This document shows, piece by piece, positions 24,023 through 37,046 of a stretch of DNA of 44,674 nt. Made by a program: the position numbers and the translations under genes. Under the pieces are notes generated by a model, which had not been told where the DNA came from, ran no database searches, and saw only the letters and a program-made list of their open reading frames with translations. Source of the stretch: Vezdaea acicularis (taxonomy: Eukaryota); assembly GCA_026025075.1 (NCBI GenBank), contig JAPEUI010000061.1, forward strand, positions 62,001 to 106,674, written 5' to 3'. How positions within the stretch are numbered: the first letter of the stretch is position 1; every line of letters starts with the position of its first letter.

Positions 24023-25615
24023 ATGGCTCCCTCCCGAAGAGTGCCTCCACTGAGAACACGAGTTCTACGTCGCCGCCGTGCTGATTACGATGAAACTTAT
24101 AGACCCAGTCCCGCCGAGGCCTCTACTCGGTCTCGCCGTGCTGCTGCGGCCCCGGCAGCGAATTCATCAGGCAGCATAAAACGAGGCAATAGCTCTCATA
24201 GTGGCACTGTGACCACCGCCGCCAGTTCATCGATCACTGTTGAACGCCAAAGCAGCTCTCCTGTCGATACCTCCAAGAAGTCTCTCCTTAAGTTCAAGAT
24301 GCCAAGCAAAACGCTGCGTGAAGCTACAAGTGGAGGTAAGAAGGAGGTCACTGTCAACTCCAGGGACAGTTTTGAGCCCGGCGAGATCGTCAATGGCCCC
24401 AGGACAAGCCGAGCCAAGCGTCCGATCGTTGAATCGAGTCAAAGCGAAGAAGCAGAAGATGACGAACTAGTTCTAGACGATGATGATGAACTAGGCGAAG
24501 ACGAAGATGCTGAGGATAGAAGTGAGGACGTGGACGCTGACGGAGACGTTGAAATGGAAGACGCTCCCCCACCACCTCCAACGATTAAGGCGAAGTCAGC
24601 AAAGCCATTCAAGGCACAGGCTAAGCCCACTGTCACTGTCACCTTGCCCAACGAGGGTAAGCTCAAGTCCGTGGAGACAAAAGAAATGGAATTCGACGAT
24701 GACGATGACGATGAACTTTCCGAGCTCGAATCTGAAGAAGGCGAGGATGAAAGCCCGGAAGCAGATGCTGAAGCTGAAGATGCTGAGGGCGATGAAGAAG
24801 GCGTTGAGGATAATGAGGATGATGAAGAGGAAGATGACGACGACGATGAAGAAGAAGAAGACGACGAGAGCGATGATGATGGCACGCCGGCAACAGGAAG
24901 CAGATATTCTACACCGGATCTAAGCAAGCTCACGAAGCGTCAACGCGGTCTCATCGAGCAGACCATGACTGGAGACCTACTCGAATTACCGGCAGGTAAG
25001 TGTAAGAATCTTCTTGAACTCCGTCTGTGTGTCAAGTCTTGTTGCTCTAGATTGCTGACCAGCTATCTATCGATAGAAAGTAAGCTTAAAAAGGTGCTCA
25101 CGGCGGAAGAGCATGCAATGCGACGGGCTGAGTTGGCTAGACGACGCAAGAATCTCAGTGAGAAGCGGAACGAAGAAGAAAAAGTAAGTCTATATAGACA
25201 TGAATTGACCTTATGTGTTGGCTAGTCTTGTTACCATGTACTTCTATTCAGAGGATTGAAGTGGCAATGGGCAGCTATAGTCATTACTGCGCTGACAAGT
25301 GGCCCTTTCCTTCATGATTCTGATGTTAATGGCCTGATCATATAGATGGATACGATCAACAAACTTCTAAAAAAACAAGCACCTAAACGACGAGGCCGTG
25401 CTGCCGCTGCGACAACGGCAAGAGGCTCTCCAGGCATTATGACCCCTAACCTTCAAGATAACGACATCGAGAAGCAGAAACCAAATATGCTAAGATGGAT
25501 TAGTAACCGGGATGGAAGCCGTATGGGTGTGCCAGAGGAGTGGTTGGGGAGTCCTGCAGGCATGGTCTTTAAGGCATCGTCTCTGCAAAATTTAAAGGCG
25601 GTCAAGGGGGTATAG
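24023..25615 (+). CDS. IES2: INO80 complex subunit Ies2 (PAPA-1 domain), 3 exons
   Basis: A long acidic tract, then LTKRQR and AEEHAMRRAELARRRKNLSEKRNEEEK/MDTINKLLKKQAPK...LRWIS...VPEEWL. Introns at 24996-25076 and about 25184-25345. Confidence 0.9.
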
Positions 25616-26139
25616 GGTCAATTGCGGCGGATAGATATCTGGTTTTTCTCCCCTTTTGTTTTATGAAGCAGCATTAGATTTCCCTCAAACAAAAGCTTGG
25701 GGTCTTACGTCTGGAATTTTCTTTCCTGCCTGTGGCAGAGAATAGTCCTTTATGGTTGAGCGCTTTATGACGCTGATGCATAGCTGGTTTGCTCGCACTA
25801 AAATAACGGGAAAGCTCTTTCACAACAACCGTAATTGCTGCTACTGTCAATTCAACACTGGACTGATGGCGAAGCGGTGGACAAAATTGATGACGCGTTA
25901 AACGGGGTTTCCCCCATAGCCAAATATTTCACACTCGAAAGCACAAACCGGCCTTGCCAGGCTGCGGATGTGCCCTAGAATATAAGAATTCAACAAGAGT
26001 AACGGCGTAGTACTGTTAAGCTAATATTAAGAGTGATTATCATTGATTGCGAACGATCTCGGAACTGCTGAAAGTAACGCATGCCGATGGGTGAACATGC
26101 CCACTATTCGCTTTTGCGCCATCAGTTTTGTCCCCAGCT

Positions 26140-26850
26140 TCAGACATGCCTCTTCCGTCTTGTAGCGGCAGAAGAGGGGATATCGTACATTGTGACTACA
26201 GCTGAAACATTCTTGAGGACGCTGCAAGTGCAGTCATCGAAACATGTATTGCTCAGGCTGTCAGAGCAGGCAACAGTACCGTTTTTTCTGCAAGCACATG
26301 TATCAATGTTTGTCCGATTGCAAGCAGCCTCACCGCCCATGAACTCAACCATCTTGCTAATTGCGGTACTATCACATGTCACTGACTATCAAACGCGTGT
26401 GTCAGCTCTGCAGGAACCGAAGCTGCCGGGTTCGCTCACAATGTTGAAGGCCGGAGGTGGAGGCGTTATAAACGGTATATGATCGTCGTCCTCTAGGTAA
26501 GAATCTAAGGTGCAGTAACAAGCCTGGAAACATCTTTGGCTATCTGGATTTTTGCAGACGAAGCGCCCATCGACGCACTGACAGTTCTTATGTCCAATTT
26601 CGTCGCAGACTTGTATTCCATCGAAGCCTTTGAATGCTTTCTGGGCCCCGGTGCCGACCTGATCACATCCCCACGACTAAGCACATGTCAGCATGATATC
26701 TTCTTGGAGAACGAGGGGTCTGACATAATCGCTACTGTCAAGGCTCCGAGATGTCAGGATACCGGAGATAAAGTGTGCAAAGGACAAGTTAGGACTGAAG
26801 AGTATCAGAGCGTATGTTACTCCGCGAAGAAGGTTCATATACGTTTTCAT
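26140..26850 (-). CDS. Small secreted Cys-rich protein (about 202 aa) with two tandem 8-Cys repeats
   Basis: Exons 26850-26725, 26676-26440 and 26385-26140 are joined by phase-0 GT-AG introns with GCTGAC branch sites. The N-terminus MKTYMNLLRGVTYALILFSPNLSFA is signal-like, and each later exon carries one C-x17/19-C-x7-CxC-x6/7-C-x7-C-x3-CxC unit. Confidence 0.85.
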
Positions 26851-27875
26851 ATGGAGCTACCTTGTAGCCAACTTGGAAGGATGAATCGAAACATCCGAGT
26901 ATATTGAGAAGATAAAGTAGTGAACGAACTATGTTAGAGAAGTAAACTTAATGCGGGTTGATCAATAGATCAATACACGCAGTCTTATAAGAGAGCTTTT
27001 GTAGATAACTGAGGACGCTTGGATTATCCAGGGCCGTCCTCCTAGAGTATAGTATGTCAATCATCTTGCGCGCCATTTTTGTCATTCATGCGGAAGTATA
27101 CGTGAATTTAGACTGTCCCATAGGACTGTTCCTAATGGGACGATTTCATGGAGGTCTAGCTGTGCAGAGCGCCATTAACGGTATTACTACGCGTAAAGAT
27201 GGCCCCAGCGTAATGATAGTTTCCTACACGACCCTATCAAAGTGTTTTAAGGTAATGATACCCGCAATGCCGTCAGCATAGTTGCACGAGCAGACCAGGA
27301 AAGGCTGGAGGAACGTGCGCAAAAAGTGGTCGTGCGCCAATTCTTGCAACACATGAAAGTTGCAACCATATTCGAAAGCGAGGCTAATCCCATCTCGTAG
27401 GTTGAGGATCGCAAATAATTAACTAAGAGGGATGACGCAAGTTGTTGTTTTGATAGCTGATGAGACGTCGAAGTTTCATCGCATAAAAAAGCCTTCCATC
27501 GGGTCAAGGTTGGGTGAGTATCTCGAAGATAAATTCCTCCAAACAATTCTAGCAGCAAATCAGTTACTAGATCAACACAACAAGCATTGAAAGATTTCCA
27601 GACTGTCGAATGATTAGATGAGATAGAATTTCCAGCGCGAGAGTAGTCTCCAATATTCCTGGAGAGAAGTCGTTGGATTCACCTTTCGTGGTCATACATT
27701 CAATGCACTACAAGTAATGGAACAACACTTGTTTCGTGCACTTGAAGATTAGTGATCAGGCTACCTGGCATGTTGTTGATTGCAGGAGCGAAGTAGAAAT
27801 AAATGGACGATGAGCAATGAATATCCTCAGCCATTGCTTTTCTTATAGGACCAAACAGGAGGCTGTTCAATTTCA

Positions 27876-29033
27876 TCATAATTCTTTGGGTTCACTACTA
27901 TGCCCGGCATGGTTCAGACCTAACGCCTTTTTAACCACCCCAACCCCTTTAGTAAGATGTCGATGTCTTGGTGATGCCGGGTCGACTCCAATGCTGAATT
28001 CTTCACTGCCTTTCTTTCTCCTTCTCGCCATCATAGGCTCTGGAACTGTAGCTCTCGGAGGCCACTCTCCATTCTCCTTCCAACCCTCAACGAGGGCAGC
28101 AGTCATATGACGAAGATTGATTGGGACTGTTGGACTTAATGACTTGAGCACTACTTTGCTGTATATTTGAGAGTAAGCAACTGGGCCCGTAGCGGCGCGA
28201 ATGGCGTTCTGTGGGGATAAAATAGGTGGCGCAAGCGGCACTTCTTCGATGATGTCAAAACTGGGTTGTGATTTTGTCTTGACGTTGTGCATCTGAGTTG
28301 ACTGGCTTGATATTGGTGGATATTCAACAGGTGATTCGCAGTGAACATGGGAGTTAGGTTGCTTCTCCTGAGAGACCAACCGTGCCCGGCCGCCTGTCCA
28401 AGCATCTCTCTGTCGTGTCCAGTGCCGTAAGCTGATGTTCCAGGTCAATTCTTCATCTAGAGCTTGACGTCGTTTGCGGCGCCTATACTGCGCTTCCGTT
28501 TTGATTGACAAGCTAACGTCATCTGGGTTATCGAACTTATACACATCACGAGCGAGAGGGTCCAGGTCAGGTCTGTCTCGCTCTTGCGGCGCAGATGTAC
28601 TCTTCATCGCCGTTCGTTCCTCTTCAGAATCGGACGAGAACACTCTCTCAATCCATGGGGAGCCCTCATGTTCTTCAGCATCTGTTGGATCGTCCCTCAA
28701 GAGTCCGCTAAACTCTCTGTCAAGCCCGAGTCCCTGCCCAGCGTCTTCAAAAGTCCAATCGCTATGTACTTGGCTAGCCAATACCCTTCGGGCCTCGAGG
28801 GCTGCCTGCGACCTCTCAGTACTCGACATGGTTTCTTCTGCAAAGGTCAACGAAGAGGAGTTGGCCAACAACCGCCGTCTGCGGGCAGCTACAAGGGCGC
28901 ATCCCAAAGTAGTCCTTGTTTGAGGGTAATTCAAGCCTGGTTTCGCGGTCGTACGCTCATGTTTATGTTGACATCGAGTAGGACTGCCCGGAGGAGACCC
29001 AGCACTTATAGATGTTGCGGACGAAGGAGACAT
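27876..29033 (-). CDS. DUF4050 (Gag1-like clamp) domain protein
   Basis: WNISLRHWTRQRDAWTG and YSQIYSKVV...PTVPINLRHMTAALVEGWKENGEWP resemble the fungal DUF4050 family. Confidence 0.75.
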   Translation of the reverse strand: MSPSSATSISAGSPPGSPTRCQHKHERTTAKPGLNYPQTRTTLGCALVAARRRRLLANSSSLTFAEETMSSTERSQAALEARRVLASQVHSDWTFEDAGQGLGLDREFSGLLRDDPTDAEEHEGSPWIERVFSSDSEEERTAMKSTSAPQERDRPDLDPLARDVYKFDNPDDVSLSIKTEAQYRRRKRRQALDEELTWNISLRHWTRQRDAWTGGRARLVSQEKQPNSHVHCESPVEYPPISSQSTQMHNVKTKSQPSFDIIEEVPLAPPILSPQNAIRAATGPVAYSQIYSKVVLKSLSPTVPINLRHMTAALVEGWKENGEWPPRATVPEPMMARRRKKGSEEFSIGVDPASPRHRHLTKGVGVVKKALGLNHAGHSSEPKEL

Positions 29034-30304
29034 ATAAGGAGCCGGGCTCTTCTTTGTAATTCCTCGTAGACAGTGCGTTGCGGTGATCGTGCACCAAAGC
29101 TCTTACCTTGCCGGCTACCGCGGACACATGGCAAGTTACGATGACTCCAAAGGTAGGGACGAAGGGCTATCCTAAGCTTCAACGATGGGAGAATGCACCG
29201 TCCTAGACTTGGCAGATTGAGACAGGCTCGAGCAATTCCATTTCATATCACATAGCAGTATTGACAGAGTGAGGCCATGAAGGTTTCCCTCACATATACT
29301 TGGAATAATGACGCACATGGCACGCTTGAAGATTATGGAGGCACTCGCACGCGCGGTTATATCGGGAATAGTCCCGGCATCATCGGTCTAGTCATCCATC
29401 GTCAGAGCCAGGATGTGAGCTACCACCATTCGACACAGACCCTTGTCTACTCCGGTTTACATTGACCGCATAGCCGCGTAGTGCTAACAATTGCATGCTT
29501 CAAGTGTCGAATCATTTGCTTTCGATCATCAAGTCGTTCGGTCTTTCATTCCTTACTGTGCGATCCATGATCCTAGCGGCGATCGGCAGGAAGCGGACAA
29601 TTCCGTGGCACTACTTCGCAGCGCGACAAATAAACGCTACGACTCTACGCAGTGTACAGAACAAAGAGTCTATACGGAGGGCTGCTATCACGAATCCGCC
29701 AGGCCCGTGACTTGGCTGTGCTGACAATACACCGAGCCGACACGACGTGGTCCATTGTATATGTTATCGCGGGGACAGGTTAAGGCATGGATCAGATATT
29801 CAGTTCCCAATGGTATGCATGTAGACATTTTATCATCTATTAAATGCTATTATAACCATCTACCTTGGATACCTCTTGCTTCTATTCTACGTGACACTTA
29901 CGCCTATCTGGTATCGAGCCTAGTCTCTTGCCTGTTCATATGCGCACTTCTCATGGTCTTCAGCTCGTAACTACCGCCTGGGTCTACCATGCACTGCGCT
30001 TCTAGCTGACCACCGAAGCCACACACTGGCCTCTTCTTCCTTCGATCACCATATTTCTCATCAAATTCATTTGTTGGCCGTGTCATTTACTAATACTACC
30101 AGGGATACGGCAACGGCTAGACGTCGAAATCAATTTCAAGGCATCTCGAGCGGCTGCATGTATTCGACAATCCAGCGAATAGCTTAATAGCTCTAGGATA
30201 CAGCTCAGAATTGAGGTTCCAATGGGGTCAAGAGCTGGTTCGCTTGTACACAGCCGAGCTGCCCCCCCACCCGGTGAGCAAAATAGTTGTCACACCAAAA
30301 AACT

Positions 30305-30520
30305 AGCGAGGTATCTTACCGGCAAAATTGTTAGAGGGGGTACCTCGCTTCTGGTCGAAATGCAAGAGAGGTAAAGTACCCTACCACCCTGATTTGGTGA
30401 GGAGGTACCTCGCTTAAGCTTTGGTGTGACAACGTTTTTGCTCACCGGGTGCCCCCCCCCCCGCCAAAGAAGCGAGATCGGGTTTCCCACTGACATGGGA
30501 TCTTCTAGCGAGGTAAACAA
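30305..30520. promoter_or_regulatory. AGCGAGGTA motif cluster plus a forkhead-type GTAAACAA site upstream of MOB1
   Basis: Exact 9-mer at 30305(+), 30341(-), 30406(-) and 30507(+); one-mismatch copy at 30365; GTAAACAA at 30513-30520. Confidence 0.5.
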
Positions 30521-30784
30521 ACCTTGGACATAGCACTGTCCTGGAAACAAGGCACGACCGCTCATCGAAATGAACTGATTTGAAGCCCGATTTTTTCTCT
30601 CGCTTTGCATATTGTAATCAAAATTGTATTTACTGGGTGTGTGGCCATTCCATGCGGAGATCTTTACTTCCGCTAGGCCATCCGGTAAGCTAGGCACATT
30701 CCTCTCCAGTCGCTATACTAACAAGTGAGATTTCAAGACCAACACAGATAGAAGATCGGGAAATCACCGAGGAAAGCATCCGTT

Positions 30785-31776
30785 ATGTCATCGTTTATGA
30801 ACACGATGTGAGTTATTCTTGCTTGCTCTTACCTTCAGTTGTGTTTGGAACCCCTTCATTCAACAATGAATACCCTGTCTGGTCTTGTGCCACCTACTCC
30901 TCCCCAACCTGCGTATATATCTTCTAGTATTTCTAGCTCTTGTTTGTTCCCAATCTCACAGACCGATCAAAACAGCAATGCTCGAACGAGAGGCCCATTC
31001 AAGCCGAGAAATTCAACAAAGGGTACAAGCAGCTATCAACTGCGGCAGTTCGCGGAGGCAACTTTAGGGAGCGGTAGCTTGCGTAAAGCTGTGAAGCTCC
31101 CGGAAGGTGAAGATCTGAATGAATGGCTGGCAGTCAATGGTGGATGCTCTACCTTTGTTGATGCCATTCGTAGACTAATCATGTTCGTTGCCAGTTGTCG
31201 ATTTTTACAATCAGATCAACCTTTTGTATGGATCAATCACAGAATTCTGCTCGCCGCATTCTTGCCCAGAGATGAAAGCTACAGATGAGTAATGGCTTTC
31301 AATCTTTGATTCTACTAGTACTTTCGCTCATAGTCATAACAGGTTCGAATATCTTTGGCAGGACTCGGAGCACTTCAAGAGACCAACCAAGATGCCTGCG
31401 CCAGAATATATAGAGCACCTCATGGCTTGGGTTCAGGGCAACATCGACAATGAACAAATGTTTCCAAGCAAGATTGGTGAGTCGAACTGGTTAACTTACG
31501 CCAACAGAGCTCAAGCTTAACAAAGGGACTTTAGGCATCCCTTTTCCTAAGCCTTTCGCTGCGCTTATACGTCAGATTTTTAAACGGCTTTATCGAGTTT
31601 ACGCTCACATATATTGCCATCACTACCCTGTCATAGTGCAACTTGGGCTTGAGCCACATCTAAACACAAGTTTTAAGCATTACGTCCTGTTCATTGACGA
31701 ACATGGCCTGGCCAGTGGGAAGGACTTCTGGGGTCCACTAGTTGACCTCGTGGACAGTATGTTGCGTAGTGACTGA
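30785..31776 (+). CDS. MOB1: Mob1 kinase activator (MEN/SIN), multi-exon
   Basis: Motifs [61 protein letters not shown] and [13 protein letters not shown] at 30785, TGA at 31774-31776. Confidence 0.97.
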
Positions 31777-32215
31777 ACCTGTATACACAATTCTCTGCCG
31801 TTCCTACATGTCTGATTTCTCCAATTCAGGATGCATTAAGCTGGGAAGGGACAGGAGGAGGGCGTTCACGTCTGGGACACAAAGCTATTAGCTATAATCG
31901 TGAGCGATGCTCATAAGCTCAATTGAGAACTTCTCCGTTAGAGTTCTAATTTAGAAACCTGACTGCGTTGCGTATCTACTCGATGTGAATAGTCCCTGCA
32001 AAGTTTTTCATCTCAATTAATTTCTATTCCAACGACCGCTCGGGCACCGTAGATAGAGGCTTTAGAACTTGTGACTTCGCCGGTACAGATGTAGCATGAA
32101 GTCGCGCGGCTTAGTAAGCTTCGGCAACATACGCTCAGAGCTATCGAAGTTGCTCAAGACCTCATCGTCCTCGAGTGTCTTGTCAAAGACTTTTTCTTGG
32201 CCCCTTGAGTTCACA

Positions 32216-33157
32216 ATGTCTCTCTCTCGGGCTGCTACCCGCCTCTCACCTGCTATTACTATCTCTTCATCACCAAAGCTGCCCCAGCGCGCCGCTACTC
32301 TCTTTAATTCCCGAGGCTACGCTCAAACCGCGACCGCACCAGCTTCGAAGCCCCCCGTCGCTCTTTTTGGTCTCGATGGCACATATGCAAGCGCTCTGGT
32401 AAGTTTGGGGATAATTCCAGGTCTTTTCTGAACCAGTATACGAGCAATTGATGCTATCGAGCTCTATTCTCTCCTCCAACGAACAATTCTAACGTCCAGG
32501 TCTTCAGTATACTGCAGCAGCGAAAACATCGTCACTAGACAGCACTGCAAAGGCTCTTAGCAGCCTTTCGGACGTCTTCAAGAAAGACCCGAAACTACCA
32601 TCCATCCTTTCTGCTCCAACATTGACTGCGCCGGACAAGTCACAAATTGTTGCTGAACTGGCAAAACATACTGGCGGAGCCGATAAGGGTGACACAGTCA
32701 AGAACTTTCTAAAGACCTTAGCGGAAAATAATCGTCTCAGTCTCCTAGAGGGTATTTGTGAAAAATTTGGAATTCTGATGGGCGCATATCGCGGTGAGGT
32801 TGAGCTGATAGTAACGAGTGCTTCTGTACGTATCCTCGCTCTACGCTTGCAGAAAACCTTGTGGAATCGATTGATATTAATTGTCTCGACTCTAAAGCAA
32901 CTCGACAGCAAGACATTAAACCGGCTCGAAACTGCGATTGCGAAGTCTCATTACGTAGAGCAAGGCAAGAAGTTGAAGGTTACAAACAAGGTACGTAGTA
33001 TTCGTTAAGCTCGCAGTGAGTTAGGTTTATTGACAGCGACAAGGTCAACCCTGAAATTGTCGGAGGGCTTGTCGTTGAGATTGGAGGACGAAGTATCGAT
33101 CTCAGCGTGTCGTCGAAGATTTCCAAGATGAACAAGCTACTCTCAGATGCATTGTAG
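32216..33157 (+). CDS. ATP5: Mitochondrial ATP synthase OSCP subunit (4 exons)
   Basis: A presequence, then KPPVALFGLDGTYASAL/YTAA, NFLKTLAENNRL and VNPEIVGGLVVEIGGRSIDLSVSSKI. Stop TAG at 33155-33157. Confidence 0.96.
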
Positions 33158-33551
33158 AAGCCCTCACAACCTTAGAGTGTAAAGACAAAAAGATGTTTCT
33201 AATTCCCTAGATGCGGAAACTGCTGTATGTTATATGTCAAAACTAAACGATTGTCTATCACAAATCGTGCAGAGGAGCTTGTCGAAAACTTCAATATTAT
33301 ATTGCTTGGAGTTCCCTGAGAATATAGGTCCCCTATGCCAGTCTAAGGATTTCTGAAGGCTCCATCCAGGGATTGGTGACTAAAGAGGTCTCTAGGATGA
33401 GCCCCAAAAATGAGACTGAAATAGAGCCAGCTATGAACATCCAGCCTGATTAATGTAGAATTTAGGGTTGGGCATGCACCCATCCCGACAAGAAGAGTTA
33501 TCGGCCCTACTACTAGCTTGAACGGGCCTCCTGACCACAACAAACTCAATT

Positions 33552-36500
33552 TTAGTCTAATTGTGCCTCAAACTCGTCCCCTTGTTCGATAGCGGTTGAT
33601 TCGTGGCTGCGGAGGTGCTCAAGCTGACTATTCACATAATTTGCGACATGCTCATTTGCTTCCAGCCTTTCCTTCTCCTGCTCTTCATCAGGAACGCCAA
33701 CTGAAGTTCTTCTAGAATACGCTTCATCGTCGTCGATATCTGAATGGAAGTCACTGCGAGCGCCAATCGATCTAGCAGAAGAACGTCGAAAATGATGCAG
33801 TCTCATGTTAGTAGGTTGTTTTGAATTGCGAGAAAACATATCATCGAAATAGTGAGCTGCTGCAGTTGACGGGGTACGAGGAGTTTGAGGTAGGCGACAG
33901 TTTATACTGTTCTTGTTAGCAATGCGTATATAATGAGTAAGCAGGCCCTGTCTATTGTGTAGACTTACCCAGTGTCATGTATCATTTTGGCTATCAGCCC
34001 AGTCCATCCACACTGGTGGGTGGCGCCAAGCCCTCGCCCCGTATCTCCGTCAAAAAACTCATAAAACCAAAGATAGTCTTTCCAGTGAGGGTCATAATCT
34101 AACATATTGTTTCCGTCGTTCATAGCCCGGCGCCCATCATCTCCTCGGACGTATAGATGCTGCAGACGATGTTGGATTTCCTCGGCTACATGACCCAGGT
34201 GCATGTAGTCTCCCGAACCTGTCGGGCATTCCACTTGAAAGCTAGCTCCGTAAAACATATAGTACCGGAGTAGCGACTCTACTAGAAGGAAATTCACACA
34301 GAACCAAATTGGCCCACGCCAATTACTATTACCACCGAAAAGGCTGCTGTCCGAGTCCCCAGGAACGTATTCGACCTTGAATTCTTGCCCTTTGACGTCC
34401 ATTGAGACTGGACTCTCCTTGTGGTACCTCGATAGTGACCGGACTCCATAGTCGGCAAGGAATTCTGTCTCATCTAACATTCTCCTCAGAATCTTCTGCA
34501 GCCTCTCTTTACTTACAAGCGATAGCAGCAACCGATCGTCTTTGCCCTTTCTTCTCATGTTCGCAATGTTACGCTCTGCAACATCTGGGCGGTTCTCAAT
34601 GAACCAATTCATCCGCCGTTTGAAAGAGGTAAAATTATTTACAAGCTCGGGTTCCAAAGTTAGCACAGCGTAGAGTGGTATCAACCCAACCAGCGAGCGA
34701 ACGGGCATCTGTTGAGAACAAGGGCCACCGTACGAGATTGCGTCGTAGTAAAAGCTTATCGAATAGGTTAGCGACATCGCAGGTTAAATGGGGGGCGTGT
34801 CAAGAGTTACCCGTCCTCATCGTTCCACAAAGAGGTCTCTTGGCCTCCTTCACGGAACGTCATAGCATCACTAATTAGAATGAAATGTTCGAAGAATTTT
34901 GAAGCAACTTCAGAAAGTTAGGAAACGGTCTTAGCTCCGAAGGAAGACTAGGTTCTCACTGTCTTCGTAGATCCTACGGTGCTTTGCTAGCTCCAACGCG
35001 ATATTCAGCATCGAGAGACAGTAGAAAGCCATCCACCCAGTGCTATCCGCTTGCTCTAATACTCCGCCAGTCGGGAGAGGCTCCGAGCGATTGAATAGGC
35101 CAATATTGTCCAGTCCAAGAAAACCGCCCTCAAAGACATTTTTGCCATTGAAATCCTTGCGATTGACCCACCAAGTGAAGTTAAGTAGCAGCTTCTGGAA
35201 AACTCTCTCTAGAAAATCTAAGTCCTGTCGACCGTACATCTTCCGTTCTATCTTGAAAGTTCGAAATACTGCCCATGCGTGGACTGGGGGGTTCACATCG
35301 CCAAAGTTCCACTCGTAAGCAGGTAATTGACCATTAGGATGCATGTACCACTCTCTAGTGAGGATGTCGAGTTGTTTCTTCGCGAAAGCCGGGTCAATCA
35401 TAGCCAATGGAATACAATGAAAAGCAGTATCCCAAGCAGCAAAAAAAGGATATTCCCAGGAGTCTGGCATGGATAGGATATCATCCAGGTACATGTGCTT
35501 CCATTGCTGGTTGCGTATGGCCTTTCTTCCTTCGGGCGGTGGCATCATCCCTGGATCTCCGTTCGCCCAATGTTCCCATATGAAATGATAATGCTGCTTT
35601 GTCCACAGCATACCGGATAGTGCCTGACGCTGTATGTTTCTTAAATCATCAGCCATAGGTAGGGGGCTGATTCGCATAAAAAATTCATCTGCCTCTGCTC
35701 TTCTCCTCTCAATAATATCGTCGAATAGCTCCTCGTCAAGAAAGTCTCTATATACTTTGGACATGCGAAAACGTACAACAGCACATTCTCCAGGAATAAC
35801 GCCACCGTCCTCGTTGAATGTGTACCAGGCCGCAGACTTTGTGCCCTTTTTTTGGGGGTTGACTGCGCTCTTCTCTCCATTGACTATATAGCGATGAAAT
35901 GCATCCTTGACGTACGGCTGATCATTTTTTTCCTTGTAAAGCTTCTCGAAGTTTGTATCGTTTTCTGTGAATATCAGTTCCGGCATGACATCTTCTCCGC
36001 TCTTTCCTACACTTGGTGAAGGAGATAGTTGAAAATATCTCTCCCCAAGCTTCCAATGCTTAGACTGAGCTGTAGTTGGTGCAACGCTTCGAATCAAAGG
36101 CTTCTTTCCAGCTGGTTCTCTGCCCCAGGACCAAGTATTTCTGAACCACATATGAGGAATGATATGTAAAGGTGCTGGTTCAGGCCCACGGTTGTAGGCT
36201 GTCACACGGAATAGAATCTCCTCGTCGGTCTCCTTTGCAATCTCTATGAAGATGTCCCAGTACCGGTCATCTTCAAAGATGCCCGTGTCTATCAAGTGAT
36301 ATTCTCGATCAAGCTTACCCCTGGCTGCGTTCTCCTTCTGCAGTCTCTCATATGGAAACTTTTTATGTGGATATTTGTACAGCATCTTCATGTACGTGTG
36401 CTGATTTGCATCAGCTCAACTCGTCACTTTTCCTCGTCTGGGAGGGATACCGTTGGTGTATTGTCAAGGTGGAAATGGGCTTCCTTGATGCTTTCACCAT

Positions 36501-37046
36501 GGTTCCCTTGGGGATTCGACAACCCAAATAGTCGCTCCTTGAGAAAATCGCTGTAGACCTTAGAATGTGTAATAGAAGCAGATTCTATAGATACTTACTC
36601 CTCTTCATTCCAAAACGTGAAAGCGATATTCTGAAGACCGTGGGTATCTGAGATGCCTCCAATTCCATCTTCTCCCCATCTGAAAGCGCGAAACCTTGCA
36701 TGCTCATGAGAGAAGTCTGTATACACTGATCAGGGTTCAAATTAGGTTCTGGGTGTTCTCTCCACTTACAGCTCCATGCGTCGCCATTATCGCTATGATA
36801 TTATTAGCACCAAGTAACTTAGGCATTGACTCAGGATAGCGACTGTACGAGTAGTCCTCTCTCACTTGAAGAAAAGCGTTTAGTCGAATAATTCAGCGAT
36901 AGTAGCATGAAGGAAGACACACCGGTAGCCCACTGCCTTTCTGCAACATAAGGACCCCATCTCTTCCAATATTGTTTGCGCTCCGCATCTTCCTTCAGTC
37001 TCTTTTCTTCCTCACAAAGAATCTCATGATGATCTAGAACAACCAT
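33552..37046 (-). CDS. GH63-like (MGH1-like, yeast YMR196W-type) glycoside hydrolase, multi-exon
   Basis: Motifs [80 protein letters not shown] and [20 protein letters not shown]. Confidence 0.92.

Noticed and set aside
24439..24933. Poly-Ser antisense ORF and GAY/GAR triplet runs
   Set aside because: Reverse complement of the acidic tract of Ies2.
27000..27800. ORFs of 75-103 aa between the secreted-protein gene and DUF4050
   Set aside because: No motif, splice pattern or composition supporting a gene.
29270..30100. Several 60-77 aa ORFs in the DUF4050-MOB1 intergenic region
   Set aside because: Lengths expected by chance and no recognisable features.
32826..32897. Stop-free in-frame introns in ATP5 (72 nt), IES2 (24996-25076) and the KH gene (17600-17653) as regulated retention
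   Set aside because: Short 3n stop-free introns arise often by chance, and their splice signals are ordinary.
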